DNA from: Tubulanus polymorphus
Taxonomy: Eukaryota > Animalia > Nemertea
Length of the DNA: 64,000 bases
Reading direction: 5' to 3'
Assembly: GCF_964204645.1 (NCBI RefSeq)
Contig: NC_134026.1
Location: 9,199,950 to 9,263,949 of the forward strand
Shown piece after piece: positions 1-58,989 of the stretch; within the stretch, counting starts at the first letter, position 1, and every line of letters starts with the position of its first letter. The translations under genes were made by a program, and so were the position numbers. The notes beneath the pieces are model-generated. The model did not search any database. It saw nothing but the letters and a program-made list of their open reading frames with translations, and was not told where the DNA came from.

Positions 1-3000
1 ATTCGATGAACCCACTCAGGCTATGGGTCTAGATGAACCAACTCAAGCTGTGACATTTGAGGAACCAACTCAAGCTGTTGCTTTTGATGAACCCACTCAG
101 GCCATGGGTTTGGATGAACCAACTCAAGTTGTGACATTTGAGGAGCCAACTCAAGCTGTTGCCTTTGATGAACCCACACAGGCCATGGGTATGAATGAAC
201 CAACGCAAGTTGTGACATTTGATGAGCCAACGCAAGCCATGGGTCTAGATGAACCAACTGAAGCGGTGACATTTGAAGAGCAAACTCAAGCTGTGACATT
301 CGATGAACCAACACAGGCTATGGGACTAGATGAACCAACACAGGCCATGAAACTGAATGAATCAACATTGACTTTGGAGCTTGAACCCATGCAGCCTATG
401 GAACTAGATGAACCCACTCAACCTATGGAACTAGAGGAACCTACTCAACCTATGGAACTAAATGAACCTACTCATCCTATGGAACTGGAGGAATCAAAAG
501 TAAAAGTAGGAGTTGTTGCAGGTGTGAAACCAAGAGGCGGAAGAAGAAAACAAAAGATAAATGAAACTAAATCTGTGAGTCTTGATGAATCCACTCAGCC
601 TATGAGACTAAATGAACCTACTCAGCCTATGGGAATAGATGAACCAACACAGCCTATGGGAATAGATGAACCAACACAGCCTTTGGAACTGGAGAAATCA
701 AAAGTAAAACTAGGAGTTGTTGCAGGTGTAAAATCAAGAGGTGGAAGAAGAAAACAAAAGATAAATGAAACTAAATCTGTGAGTCTTGACGAACCCACTC
801 AGCCTATGGGAATAGATGAACCAACACAGCCCATGGGACTGGATGAACCCACACAGCCTATGGGACTAGATGAACCCACTCAACCTATGGGACTAGATGA
901 ACCTACTCAACTTTTGAGATTAGATGAACCAAAAGCTGAAGTAGGAAATGTTACAGATGTAAAATCTCGAGGAGGAAGGAGGATACAAAAGGCTTCTAAA
1001 AATGTGGATTATGATACAGAGGCTAAAGTTAAAGTTGAAACTCAGCGCAAAGCTAGAAAAGGAAAGCAGATGAAAACACATGAAGCAGACCAAAATGCTT
1101 CAGAGCTGGAAGAAGTTAGAACCAGGGTTGGTAGTGGTATTGAAACTGCAGTTGAACCTGATGTCCCGACAGCCCAAGTGATAAAAAAATCATCTGATAA
1201 ATCAAAATCAAAAATCTTGGATAAGAATCAGCAATTTATTGAACACAAAGTAAAAGCAATCAGCCGAGAATTGGATTTACCAGTTGAAGGAACAACAGTT
1301 ACTAATGGCAAGGGAAAAGGAAAAGGAAAGCGCAAGACAAAGAAACCTGATACACCTGATATTGAGATTTCAAATAAGAAAGATACTTCAGAACTCTCTT
1401 TGGCTGAAGTTCCAATGGATGAAAGCATGATAAAGGATAGTGAAAAAGTCACTACGGTGAGAGGGAGACGGAGCTCCAGGAAATCAGTGGTTCCATCCGT
1501 ATCTTGCAGTAAAGGCTCATCTGAAAAAGATGTTAAACCAGACAATATCAGTAGTGCAGAAGTGCCGTTGTCTGCTGAATTGAATGATCAAAAGACTGTT
1601 AGTAATACTCAGGGAAGGGGTACAAGAAGCACTAGGAAATCTGTTATGCCTTCTAGCAGTGAAAGTGAAGTGATTACTAAAAAAGATATGTCTCCAGATG
1701 GTATTGGACATACTGAGGTGTCTTCGTCTGGTGATGCAAGTGAACAAAAAACTGTTAGTAGTACTCGGGGAAGGGGTATAAGAAGCACTAGGAAATCTGT
1801 TATTCCTTCTTGCGGTGAAAGTGAAGTGATGACTAAAAAAGATATTTCTCCAGATGAAATTGAAAATACGGAGGTGTCTTTGTCTCTTGATGCAAGTGAA
1901 CGAAAAACTGTTACTAGTACAATGGGAAGGGGTACAAGAGGCACTAGAAAATCTGTTAAGCCATCTAGCAGTAACGCAATGACTCAAAAAGATGTTTCTT
2001 CAGATGGAATTGAAAATAATGAAAAGTTGTCAGTTGAATTAAGTGAACAAAAAACTCTTACAAGTAAGAGAGGAAGGGGAACAAGGCGCGCAACAAAATC
2101 GCTTTTACCTTCTTTTAGTCAAGGTATGATCGAGAATGATGGAATTGAAAAGACTGATTTGCCTGATGAACTGAGCACTGGAAAAACTGTGTCTAGTAAT
2201 ATGGATAGAGAAATGATGGCTGAAAGGATACCAATTTCATCCGTTAATGTTCAAAGCAGGATTGAAAAAGACGATCAAGATAATGCTGAATTAATTTTGC
2301 CTCCTCAAGCAGTTTCTAATTTGAGGGAATGTAGGAGATCTGATAAGGACAAGTCAACTATGCCAGGTGAATCGAATGAGCAGCTGATTGTTACTAATAG
2401 CCGCATAAAAGGAAAGGGCAAAGCAAGAAAGTTTGTGAGCCCATCCCCAGATAACAGTAAAGATCTTTGTGCTAGAGAGAATAATGAGGTTATTTCAATG
2501 TCTGATACGAGTCAATCAATGGCTGAAAAAGTCGAAGTCAAAAATACATTGCCTGCGAAAAGTACTAGGGGTAGAGCAACAAGGACCACAAAGAAATCAG
2601 TTTTGCCTGCCATCAGTCAAATTGTGACTGAAAAAGATGATCAAGAAAAAGATTTAGTTTTGCCTCAAGCGCCGTCTAATATGAGGGTTCATAGTCAAGG
2701 AAAAGACAGTATTGTAGTCGAAGATGTAACCGATACTTCAAAAGCCAAGGGCGAAAGAAAACCAATTGAAAGTGAGTCAACTGTACCTGCTGACTTAAAT
2801 GAGCAGAAAACTGAAACCAATACCCGTGCAAAAGGGAGGGGCAGAACAAGAAAGTTACCAACCACATCCGCAGCTAGCTGTAAAGAAATCTGTACTGAAG
2901 GGAATGCCAAAATAACTGTCACGTCAGACACTAACAGCCACAAAAAAACATCTGTAAGCAGGCGCAGTCATGAAAAGATTCATGCTGGAATGCGTGAACC

Positions 3001-3268
3001 TGATATTCCTAGAGCTAAAAGGGCAAAGAAATCTACTGAAGGAGAAACTTCTGAAAATTTGGAAAATCAGTCTCCACCGATACGTCATGTCGTCGCTAAT
3101 GACAAAACTGACAATGAAACAAATGAGCAAAAGGCTGTTGATGTTAGTAGCGGAAAAGGTAAAGGAAGAGGGAGGTCTAAGAAATCTGTGATACCACCTC
3201 CTATTGATGTGTTTGAGCAAGATACCAAAACAGCTGCTTCACCAAAAGCGAGAAAGAAATTAATGAGC
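1..3268 (+). CDS. MDC1: MDC1-like large disordered exon (TQ repeats, RGR repeats)
   Basis: ORF 23-3283 is open from the window start; donor GTAAGT at 3269, phase 0. Confidence 0.85.
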
Positions 3269-5198
3269 GTAAGTGATTGTTAAGATTAATTTCACAACTA
3301 TCAATGTTTATTTGCGGATTAAATGGATGATAGAATATTTAAGAATTATCCCTCACACTTTTTTTCTATTTCAGGGTCTGGTTGTTAAGGTCATGTTCAC
3401 AGGAGTTGTCGATGAAAATGGACAGAAGGTACCCAATATACTGGTATACCAGAATTGTTTTACGATGTTAATTTATCTTGCAACATGAAATTTTCTTTTA
3501 GATTGTGAAAGAACTAGGTGGAGAGTTGAACAATTCTGTTTTGGAATGTACTCATCTAGTTACTGACAGGGTAAGGGACGAAATTGAAAGTGAAAAGTTG
3601 AACTTCAGAAACCTTCTGAGTATTCATAAGCTCTCATGTATATTCCTAACGTAGACCTTCATACCAGATGAACCCAATCAGGAAACCGTTTTAGAATATT
3701 AAACAGCCATATCATATAGTGTTATTTCACAGTTGAGTTTGAATGTAACCTCATCTAGATAATTGGTGTACATGTACTTAATTTATCTTCAAAAATAGGT
3801 GAGGCGCACTGTCAAATTTCTATGCTGTCTCAGTAGGGGAATTCCGATCATAAGTACTGCGTGGTTAGAAAAGTGTAAATTGACTGGCAAATTCATCGGT
3901 AGGTGCACATCTTAATAAATTCAAACCTGCTTACTTCGTTAGATGCATGGAATCTGGATTTTGAAAATCTAATCTGGGGCCAGCAGCTTGATGAACACAT
4001 TTCAGGGTCCGATCTAAGCACTCGTCCGATTGCCCGGGACAAGTATATTCTAATCAGGGCAAGTAGGTTATCATTATCACTTGTCCCACGGGCTCATGAA
4101 ATTTAATGTCAGAAAACTTTTTTCCCACTCAATACAACGGATGATAGTGCCACCAATCGGACTGCCTGTGTAGGGCAAGTAGCTTTTGGAGGGAGCAAGC
4201 GAAATTTCTGATGTACTTGCCCCCGGGCAAGTGGCTTTCATTCCTTAGATCGGATCCTGCATTTTCATAAATTTTTTTGTACAGTTTCATCATCTCTTTC
4301 AGATTGCACATCATTTCTCATCAAGGATGTGGAAAATGAGAAGAAATACAAATTTGATTTGAAACACAGTATTTCTGTTGCGGCGAATTGTACATTATTG
4401 GATGGATATCAAATTCACGTGACGAAATCTGTTAAGCCCGATCCAGCTACTATGAAAGGTAAAATTGTGATCTAGCTATCATATACATACTTTGCTAAGT
4501 TTTAGAACTGGAGAAATTGATGTTTATTCAATGTGCTCTTCTTATTTTTTCTTACAGAAATCATTGAATCTGCAGGTGGAAAAAGGACAACCATGCCGAG
4601 AAAGGCGGCCGAGAAAACTGTTGTTATCTCCTGTGAAGAAAACATCAAATTATGTAAAGCAGCCGTAAATGCAGACATTCCAGTCGTCTCGGCAGAATTC
4701 ATATTGACAGGAATTCTGAGACAGCAAGTCGACGTTGAATCATATCCTTTATACTAAAACAAACACCCGCAGCCCAAAAAACAGATCAGATTCAAGGTGG
4801 CTGATTGGTGGCCATAGTTGTTTACCAATATCAACAGTTGTTACACTTTTTTCAAATTTTCAATGGAGATTTTGAAGCCAATTGCATCAATTGTATCGTA
4901 GTCTTGATATTTGGTAATAGTTAGAATTGTCACCTTACATGAGATTGAGTTCACCAAGGACTGTTGAACGAGGGATTTTTTCCTGCAGAATTCACAATTT
5001 TAATGGTGTGGAAAAATAGAAATTCAAAATATGTCCTTGAGTACCCACAAAAACAAAATCTATTCATGTTTTTGCCTTAACAAAGCTTTTACGTATCGAT
5101 TATGCGCAGGTAGCAGTGGCTCGTCTTCTAAAGCTGCAGAAAAGAGACAAAGCGTTTCACCAGCTCCTGCATCATGCGCGAAAAGACAACGGAGATAA
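1..5198 (+). CDS. MDC1: MDC1-like DNA damage checkpoint mediator, 5'-truncated at window edge; exons <1-3268, 3375-3428, 3502-3570, 3799-3898, 4303-4458, 4558-4741, 5093-5198
   Basis: Long low-complexity exon with (D/E)EPTQ repeats, then in-phase spliced exons reading KVMFTGVVD..LGG..THLVTDR-VRRTVKFLC..RGIPI..WL..EIIESAGG..EFILTGILRQ, matching the MDC1 tandem BRCT domain. All splice phases are consistent. Confidence 0.88.
3375..3428 (+). CDS. MDC1: MDC1-like exon, start of BRCT1
   Basis: tttcag|GLVVKVMFTGVVDENGQK|gt. Confidence 0.88.
3502..3570 (+). CDS. MDC1: MDC1-like exon, BRCT1
   Basis: tttag|IVKELGGELNNSVLECTHLVTDR|gtaagg. Confidence 0.88.
3799..3898 (+). CDS. MDC1: MDC1-like exon, BRCT1
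   Basis: atag|VRRTVKFLCCLSRGIPIISTAWLEKCKLTGKFI|gtaggt. Confidence 0.88.
4303..4458 (+). CDS. MDC1: MDC1-like exon, BRCT linker and BRCT2
   Basis: tttcag|..FLIKDVENEKKYKFDL..LLDGYQIHVTKSVKPDPATMK|gtaaaa. Confidence 0.87.
4558..4741 (+). CDS. MDC1: MDC1-like exon, BRCT2
   Basis: ttacag|EIIESAGG..EFILTGILRQQVDVE; ends at U12 donor ATATCCTTT (4742). Unspliced, the frame stops at 4757. Confidence 0.85.
4742..5092 (+). other. U12-type (minor spliceosome) AT-AC intron
   Basis: 5' splice site ATATCCTTT at 4742-4750; branch site TTTGCCTTAAC at 5071-5081; AC at 5091-5092; splicing keeps the frame. Confidence 0.85.
5093..5198 (+). CDS. MDC1: MDC1-like terminal exon
   Basis: Reads (S)YRLCAGSSGSSSKAAEKRQSVSPAPASCAKRQRR then TAA at 5196-5198. 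Confidence 0.75.
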
Positions 5199-5535
5199 AT
5201 TTCACATTACTACCGGACATTCAATTGATTATCGATACACAGGGTGTCCTGAAAAAATGTCAATTCGATTCAATTAATTCTAGTTGATAAAGAGAGTGTT
5301 ATGTGTTTTAATCATTATTTTCTAGAATGAAGCTAGTGGACTTTTACTTCGTACTTTGAAAACTTTCACAGAACTGGCCATAGTTCTTTTACCTACTTAC
5401 GCTTGAATTATGAATGGGGTAACCAATTAAAACAAACAAATGTTAAACTTGTAACCTAAACACTTTAATACAGTGTTCTTCGTCTTAAAAACCCTAAAGA
5501 TATTGCACCCTCTCTTGCTGAGAATCAATAAGCTG

Positions 5536-5662
5536 GGGCCAGTTGCTCAAAAGTTGGTTAAAGATAACCGGTGGATAAATACCATAGTAACAATGAAATT
5601 TCAATTGCCACTATGTCAACTATCCACTGGTTAACTCTAGCCAACTTTTGAACAACTGGCCC
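5536..5662. mobile_element. Palindromic MITE, probably PIF/Harbinger type
   Basis: TIRs GGGCCAGTTG(C/T)TCAAAAGTTGG; flanks CTG/TTG; partial copy starts at about 13679. Confidence 0.65.
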
Positions 5663-6046
5663 TTGGTGCTTTGGGATCACTTGTAGTCTTATTTTCAGCA
5701 CTTCAATATGCCATTATTTAGTTTGGACACATAATCCAACTGAATAATAAGTTGGTAAAACGTCCATTTTAGGTCATTGCGTCCAAAACCCTTCTACTTC
5801 ATTATGCTTCAATGCAATGCCTGCTGATGAGCAAACATTCTAGTCATCAATCTTTAGTTTTTAAATGGACATTTTATTATTTGATTTGAAAAATACCTTA
5901 TGTGACATTTTTCAGGACACCTTGTAGCAGTTATTGTTAGTGTTTGGCTGTTATGATTGTTAAGGAGGGTAGGGCAGTTAAGATAATGAGAGCATAGACT
6001 CCATCCACCTTGCTTGTTAATATTGTAGTTGGCCAAAAATTATAAA

Positions 6047-6534
6047 TACAGTAGACTCCACCTAAACCAGTGCAGTTGGGACCTTCATTTTTCCACCGAA
6101 TTAGATGGTCATCAGTTTGAAGAATTGCAATAAATCCATGTATAAGGATAGTGAGCCTAACAGCGGTTTAATGGCATTGCTAATTTCTGCGTAATTTTTA
6201 CGATTGTAGCCCATTCTCGTTTGCCAGGGTCAGATGCGTTTTTTTTTCACCGGCAGATTCACTGTCAATACAACTCATCTGATTGGCTAGATATAGACTG
6301 GTGAACCTGTCTGCCGAAGAAAACACAGATAGAAGATCGAGTCGTTATGACCAGTTAATGATCAGAATGAACAAAAATGAAGTCCAAATTTTACCGAATA
6401 AGGCAGACTGGACTACCCCGGTAGGTGATATTTATGTATTGAAAAACAGTGGCAAACGGAAATCTTATTTTTATTTTACTGAATTGAATGGATTACCGTA
6501 CAGACCAGTAATTGTTTAGTCAGAGTCTATTGTA
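6047..6534. mobile_element. Degenerate Tc1/mariner-pogo-type MITE
   Basis: Ends TACAGTAGACTC ... GAGTCTATTGTA; similar TACAGT-starting termini near 30960, 33161, 43457 and 51956. Confidence 0.45.
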
Positions 6535-7503
6535 CTTTTAGTTGCTTTCTATGGAGGCTTTGATTGAATATGTAAATTGAGTAAGGAATTTTTCATTACA
6601 TCATTGGTGAATTTGTACAAATGCAATGTGTACATACAATTAACATAGATGAATTGTGTAGGATTTTAAATGTTACGCTCCCAAATAGATGGCTGCCCCT
6701 GACCTTAATTTCATCGCGATACTCATTGTCATTCAGCCTTTGCTTTGATCCGGTCATAAATCGCGTTTGTATACCACCATCTTCTCTAGAAAGGTCTATG
6801 GGTAATAAAATAATGAAAAGTCTTGGCAATATTTTTTTTGATCTTGTAAAATATTGGTGAGCATTGTTCTCATTAAAGCTGTGATGTTTTATTTTATCCA
6901 TTATACTTTTTGTATCTTTAGCTGGATATATAATGTGTATATATTGTGTATAATGTATTCATAACATTAGAATTGAATATTACAAGATTGTGTTGTTAGT
7001 GAAATTGATGTTGAAATATATAGGTGATATTCAATTAGTTTTGTTTCATTCTGTGATAATTGCTTTTTTGATATTGCAAAAAATTGACATGCAGAATCAT
7101 GCCGACCATTTAAACTGCCAATTTAAACCCCCCTCTGGATCCACACGTGCTTGGATGGCATTATAACCTAGACTCATCTACTGATATATTTCGTCATCCT
7201 ACTTTCGCATATGAAGAAAAAATGCTCTGCATGAAAGACATTCACAGTTAGACTTAAATGTACAGTATCTGAAATCAAGATGGCGCTGGTCATCCATATT
7301 GAATGCTATTTCCGCCGAATTAAAAAGGATTTATCTTCGTCCCACGACTCCTTCCATAAGAAAAATTTAAAAGGATTTTACCTCACCGCAGAAAGTAGTA
7401 AAATGCACAGATTCCTGCATCTTCCAAGAGATATAAAAGAAACCACTTACACTCGCAAAAAGTAGAAAAGAAGATGATTGATTTTAGTACGGATTATAAT
7501 TGG

Positions 7504-7509
7504 TTTATT
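7504..7509 (-). terminator. Candidate mib1 polyadenylation signal AATAAA
   Basis: TTTATT on + strand about 1.85 kb past the mib1 stop, followed on the - strand by a T-rich tract. Confidence 0.45.
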
Positions 7510-9353
7510 GGTACATACGCAGCGACACATGCTTAACATAAATTAATACATTTAACAAATCAACAACCGAAAAACAACTTGAATCAATCCTGACTTTTGA
7601 TAGAAGACTCAAACGGAATAGAAATTTACCTGTAATTGACTACGATGATGTATAAAATTTTTTTAGTTTGTATATGAAGATCGTTATAAACGATGTACTG
7701 TACGTACATTCAAACAGGGTATATATAGTCTCTCGATGTACCGGGCCCGGTTTCACTAAAGTTTAACCCAAAAACAGTTAAGTTAGAATCGTCCTCATTG
7801 AAAACATGAAGAAACCAATAGGAATTTAACAAAAAAATTGTGAAAACCGGACTCAGAAGTGAAGTCTTATTTCTCAATCTAACTGAAATAAATACAAATA
7901 CATCCTACTGCCGAATTCAAACACTTGCCAATTCATAAGTCATTGTAGTATTTGTAAATGTTGCACATGTTGATATTACTAGATATGATGATTTAATTGT
8001 TTACACTATGTTCATAAAAGCAGTCAACCTTGCTGAACTCGGATGTGCTTAAAGCATTGATTTTATGAGAAATATCAAGATTTCAGAATTTTATTTTAGT
8101 TCTCACAGTGGAAAATGGTTCAGGTCCTATTAATTCAAACACATTTGTTGCCTTGCTCATTTTAAAAAAATGATCTTGGTGCTACAATGAGTTACCTTGT
8201 GCAACTACAGGGTTTGTAGGTTTGTTCATTATTACCTACCATTCCAATTGACGGAATTGTCAAATAATAGCCATAATCAAATAGCGACAATTTGACCCGG
8301 ACCAGGACCAAAGTAGTATTTGGCCATGTCTAATTAGAGTGAGTCATAATCAAATCACTGCCTCAAAACCAGTGAATATTGACACAGAATGATTTGGTCC
8401 AACATTTTAGGTTGGGCTATTTTGGCCTGTGTCAACCAGGCACATACCCATTTGGCACTGGTGTGAACTATAGGAACCTATTCAGGTGCGTCAAAATGTG
8501 ACCTGGGTATAAAAAGTGTTTGTGCGACTAATGAACAAGGATCAGCTTAGAGATAACTCGTAGTGGCAATGCCGGCAGAATGCAGAACCAGAAGTCTTGA
8601 GTGATCTCATAGTTGGTGCTGACCAGTCAGCGTCATGTTTTCGCACTAGATTTGAGATATATCAGTTACATCAGTTGTTAATCGAACGGTTCCTAACTAG
8701 TCAAGACAGCAAAATCGATATAAATAATATACAAAACACACTTATGTCAGAAACTGATGTTACGTAGCTTTCTGCTAAACTGTATCTAACATTTGAAAAA
8801 GATATTTCATATACCATCAAGGTGGCCTGTGTTAAAGAACTGTGGGTCAACCAAGTGGAAAATTTGCGAATTTCTTTTGCTCGAAGAATCTTGGAGTGCT
8901 TGCAGCCGCGTAATGAATATTCTTGTCATGTATACATTTTATGAATGACCTGATCCAGTTTATAAGACTTCTACATAGACACAAGTACCTGGTGTGTATG
9001 ACTACCCAAAGGGTGTACGATAAGAAAAAGAAACTCACAAACAATGTAAACCTGACGATCGAATCCCTTAATAATTTACTGAAAGTCTCGCTATATTCAA
9101 AGGTATTATTCGCTTTGTGCTGGGTTATCATAATGCACAGTACTCTTCCTAACTTGTTTGAGTCGAATTATCAATTTGCGCGATCGGAAATAACCACAAA
9201 AACAATTCAATTTCTATTGTCTAATTCAAATAACCAGGTATCATAAGACTCAATCAAAGTCACTGGTCTCAATAGATTCAAGTTAGGAGCAGTAAACTGT
9301 ACTGTATTATCGAGAAGTAGTCTCATTAGAAGTCCATTCTAAGAGTCCATGAT

Positions 9354-56182
<46,829 letters not shown>

Positions 56183-57320
56183 CGTTTGTTTTAGAGGTTT
56201 TATCGGATTTCACCCTATTTACGATTGAACGTCATTAGATTTGATTCATCGCCGTCAAGAAATATACAATTCTCAGAAACCGCTGCAAATTATGACCAAA
56301 TAGAACAGATATCGGTGAGAAAATACATTTTTTCAGCCATTCTTTTTTTTTCATTTCCGGGATCGGATACTAGCGGAATTGGATTTGGACGAAGGAACGG
56401 ACTCGGGTTCGAGTCCCAGCCGAGGGAGAAATGTTCTTATTTCATGTACCGTTCTGTTTTTGTTTAATGTACCGTCTTGTATTGATGTTCATTTTGTATG
56501 TATCGTCCTGTATTGTTGTTAATATTTTATTGCATGTATTTCCTATACTGGTATATGTTTTGTAAGTATTCGGAGCGATAAAATAAAGTTCAAAGTTCAA
56601 TAGTGAAAACGAAACACCAGACGCCGGGAGCCAATAACCTGCCCGGTTCAATCAAATCAGTGAAGACAGCACTTCGAAGGTTAACCCTCTGGGGCTTGTA
56701 GTTAGCGCTTGTCAGAGCCGTCGGAAGGAATTTTTCAGTGGCGAGGCTTATTTCTGAAGGGTGGTCTGGGGGCCCTCCCCTAGAAAAATTTTGAAAATTC
56801 AATCGCCGGAGATGCGTTTTGGGGCCATTTCACGGTCCCATTCACAGAAGCATGAGGAGTCGTGAGCCAACCACCTAGTACAGAGAACGACGAGCTGCTA
56901 CGCGGCACAGCGTGCTTTTGAAAAAAATGTTTGTTAAGCAAAAAAGTGGGGCGGCTTTGGCCGCCCCTGCCGACCCTGCTTGTGTAATGGTAACTTAGGA
57001 TCACCCCAAACTTCACTACCGGTGGCGGGTACGCCTACGACTCCTGCTGATTCCTCAAGCACGAAAAGATACTACCCGGATCTACTCCGGCAGCTTAAAG
57101 CCGTAAGATGATGATCAGCAGATTTCAATGCAGACTTTTTGGATACTATACAGTGAATAATGGATTAAAAACAATGTTTTTGGTCAACTATCAGTGCTTC
57201 TGGTATGCGCCACCAAAATTGACTGAGCTAAGCCATCTGATATGCTCTCCAGTCAAGTTGAAATAGACATTAGGCGCTCAGGAGTCATCTATAAGGGTGT
57301 ATATTCTAATAGTAGTGGTT

Positions 57321-58241
57321 TTAATTGCAAAGTAACTTCCGGAGTAAGTTTCTGATTTTTTTCCCCGACATCAGATATATGTACAGATTCGCGGAGTAAT
57401 TCAGCATTAAGATGTCGGTAAAGGCGCTGAAGATGTATTTCAATCGGGAATCATTCCAGGAAAAAGGGCCGACGATGGAAGCGGGAAATGTCGTGATCAT
57501 GAAGAACGCGCACAGCGACAAGACCATCACGGTTACTTGTTTCGAGTATTTCGAAGCGTGAGTTTCTTCGCCTCTATTTCGGAATAAAGTCACGGATGTC
57601 GCCGACGAAAGGGTGACCAGAAAACAAAACGGAACGACGGAAATGAGCATCGTTCGCATCATCGGGCGCTGTTCGTCGCTCGTACAACCGACGTCGTCGG
57701 CGAAGTCGACCGTCACGAACAGGTAACTGTAAATCGATGCCACTAGACACGCGACGGATAAACACAGTCCAGTTGCGGTCGTCGGCGTCCAGAAACGAGG
57801 ACCGCGAAACGGAAAGCAAACGACGCACATTCGCTCGGTGGCTATCAGAACCAACGTCCACGGGCTGATCGTAAAAGCGCACATCGCGTTATACTCGAAA
57901 AATACGCACTGTATTCGAGTCGACGGTTTGATCAGCAGCGTATTGTACAACAGAATGGACAACACGTTCAAGAACATGCAGAGGTTTGTGCAGAGAGCGA
58001 CGGAATCGCATATCGCTAGTTGCACGAATATACGGCTAAACGATTGTCGCCATAGTTGACGTTGTCTCATGATGATCACGATCAGAAAATTGCCGGCGAA
58101 TCCGAAAATGAAAAGGAGACTCAAGAACGGAAGGTAAAACCACAAATAGTACGATCCGGGCAATTCCGTCGGGCTAACCATCAATTTAAAGTATAAGTTT
58201 GTAGGATGTGAAGACGACGTCCGATTTTGAAAAGAAGACAT
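57321..58241 (-). CDS. Intronless rhodopsin-like (class A) GPCR, orphan or peptide-receptor-like, 306 aa
   Basis: Seven hydrophobic segments; TM1 GN (FAGNFL), TM2 LAICD, TM3 ERM in place of DRY followed by VCFPF, TM7 NYSANLYIY, basic helix 8. Confidence 0.85.
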   Translation of the reverse strand: MSSFQNRTSSSHPTNLYFKLMVSPTELPGSYYLWFYLPFLSLLFIFGFAGNFLIVIIMRQRQLWRQSFSRIFVQLAICDSVALCTNLCMFLNVLSILLYNTLLIKPSTRIQCVFFEYNAMCAFTISPWTLVLIATERMCVVCFPFRGPRFWTPTTATGLCLSVACLVASIYSYLFVTVDFADDVGCTSDEQRPMMRTMLISVVPFCFLVTLSSATSVTLFRNRGEETHASKYSKQVTVMVLSLCAFFMITTFPASIVGPFSWNDSRLKYIFSAFTDILMLNYSANLYIYLMSGKKIRNLLRKLLCN

Positions 58242-58989
58242 CGCGCGGCTGTGGAGAAGATGTTTCGAAAGTTTCTGAACGCACAGTGTAAAAACGAAAG
58301 ACGCGTTGTTGGTATCAGGAAACCGAAGCGCTGTTAAGTTTTACCGATAACGCATGTCGGCGATACATGTAACGAGCTTTATGTCGGGCTGCAGAGAACG
58401 AAGGATACCCAACCCAACGCACGCCGACTAGACGCAAGCCGTATCCCGATGTGTTGCATAATTTCCAATGTGTATCGTTACTTTCAAACGCGAAGATTCC
58501 AGCCGAACAGAGACGCGAATATATTCGTATGACAGTGATCGGTATTGTTGCTAAAGAGATCGAGGACTTTTTTAGGTTTAAGATTTCGGGTTTGCGGAAA
58601 GTTCATCACCCGCTCGCATGATTAGATTTAATTTTCGTAGTCGGCAGTCGAATTTTTAGAATATCGGATTTCGGGTTTACGAAAAGTTCATCCCGCTTGT
58701 ATCATTAGATTCAATTTTACTAGTCAGCGTAGAACGTTATTATTCTAATTGTCAATTTGCTTTGAACATTTCGACGCGCGCCTTATCAATTTGTACAAGT
58801 TATCTTACAATGCACCCTCATATGATGAACGATATTACTTTGAAATTATATGAATATAAAATGGTATATAGTAGAAAAGTTAATGAAATTTTTAAAATGT
58901 GTCTACGTGAGTTGGTTTTTAAAAAGTCGTGTTGTTCGTCAAGGAAAAAAATACCCAAGAAAGCTTCTGACTGGGCTGGGCTGGACTGA

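Noticed and set aside
21-3220. Antisense and alternative-frame ORFs over the large MDC1 exon
   Set aside because: Shadows of the repetitive coding strand with no independent protein features.
3429-3501. Donor GTACCC resembling a U12 GT-AG site
   Set aside because: Does not match GTATCCTT and has no U12 branch site; treated as an ordinary U2 intron.
56370-56430. tRNA B-box-like GGTTCGAGTCCC near the mib1 start
   Set aside because: No clear A box or cloverleaf; probably a SINE remnant.
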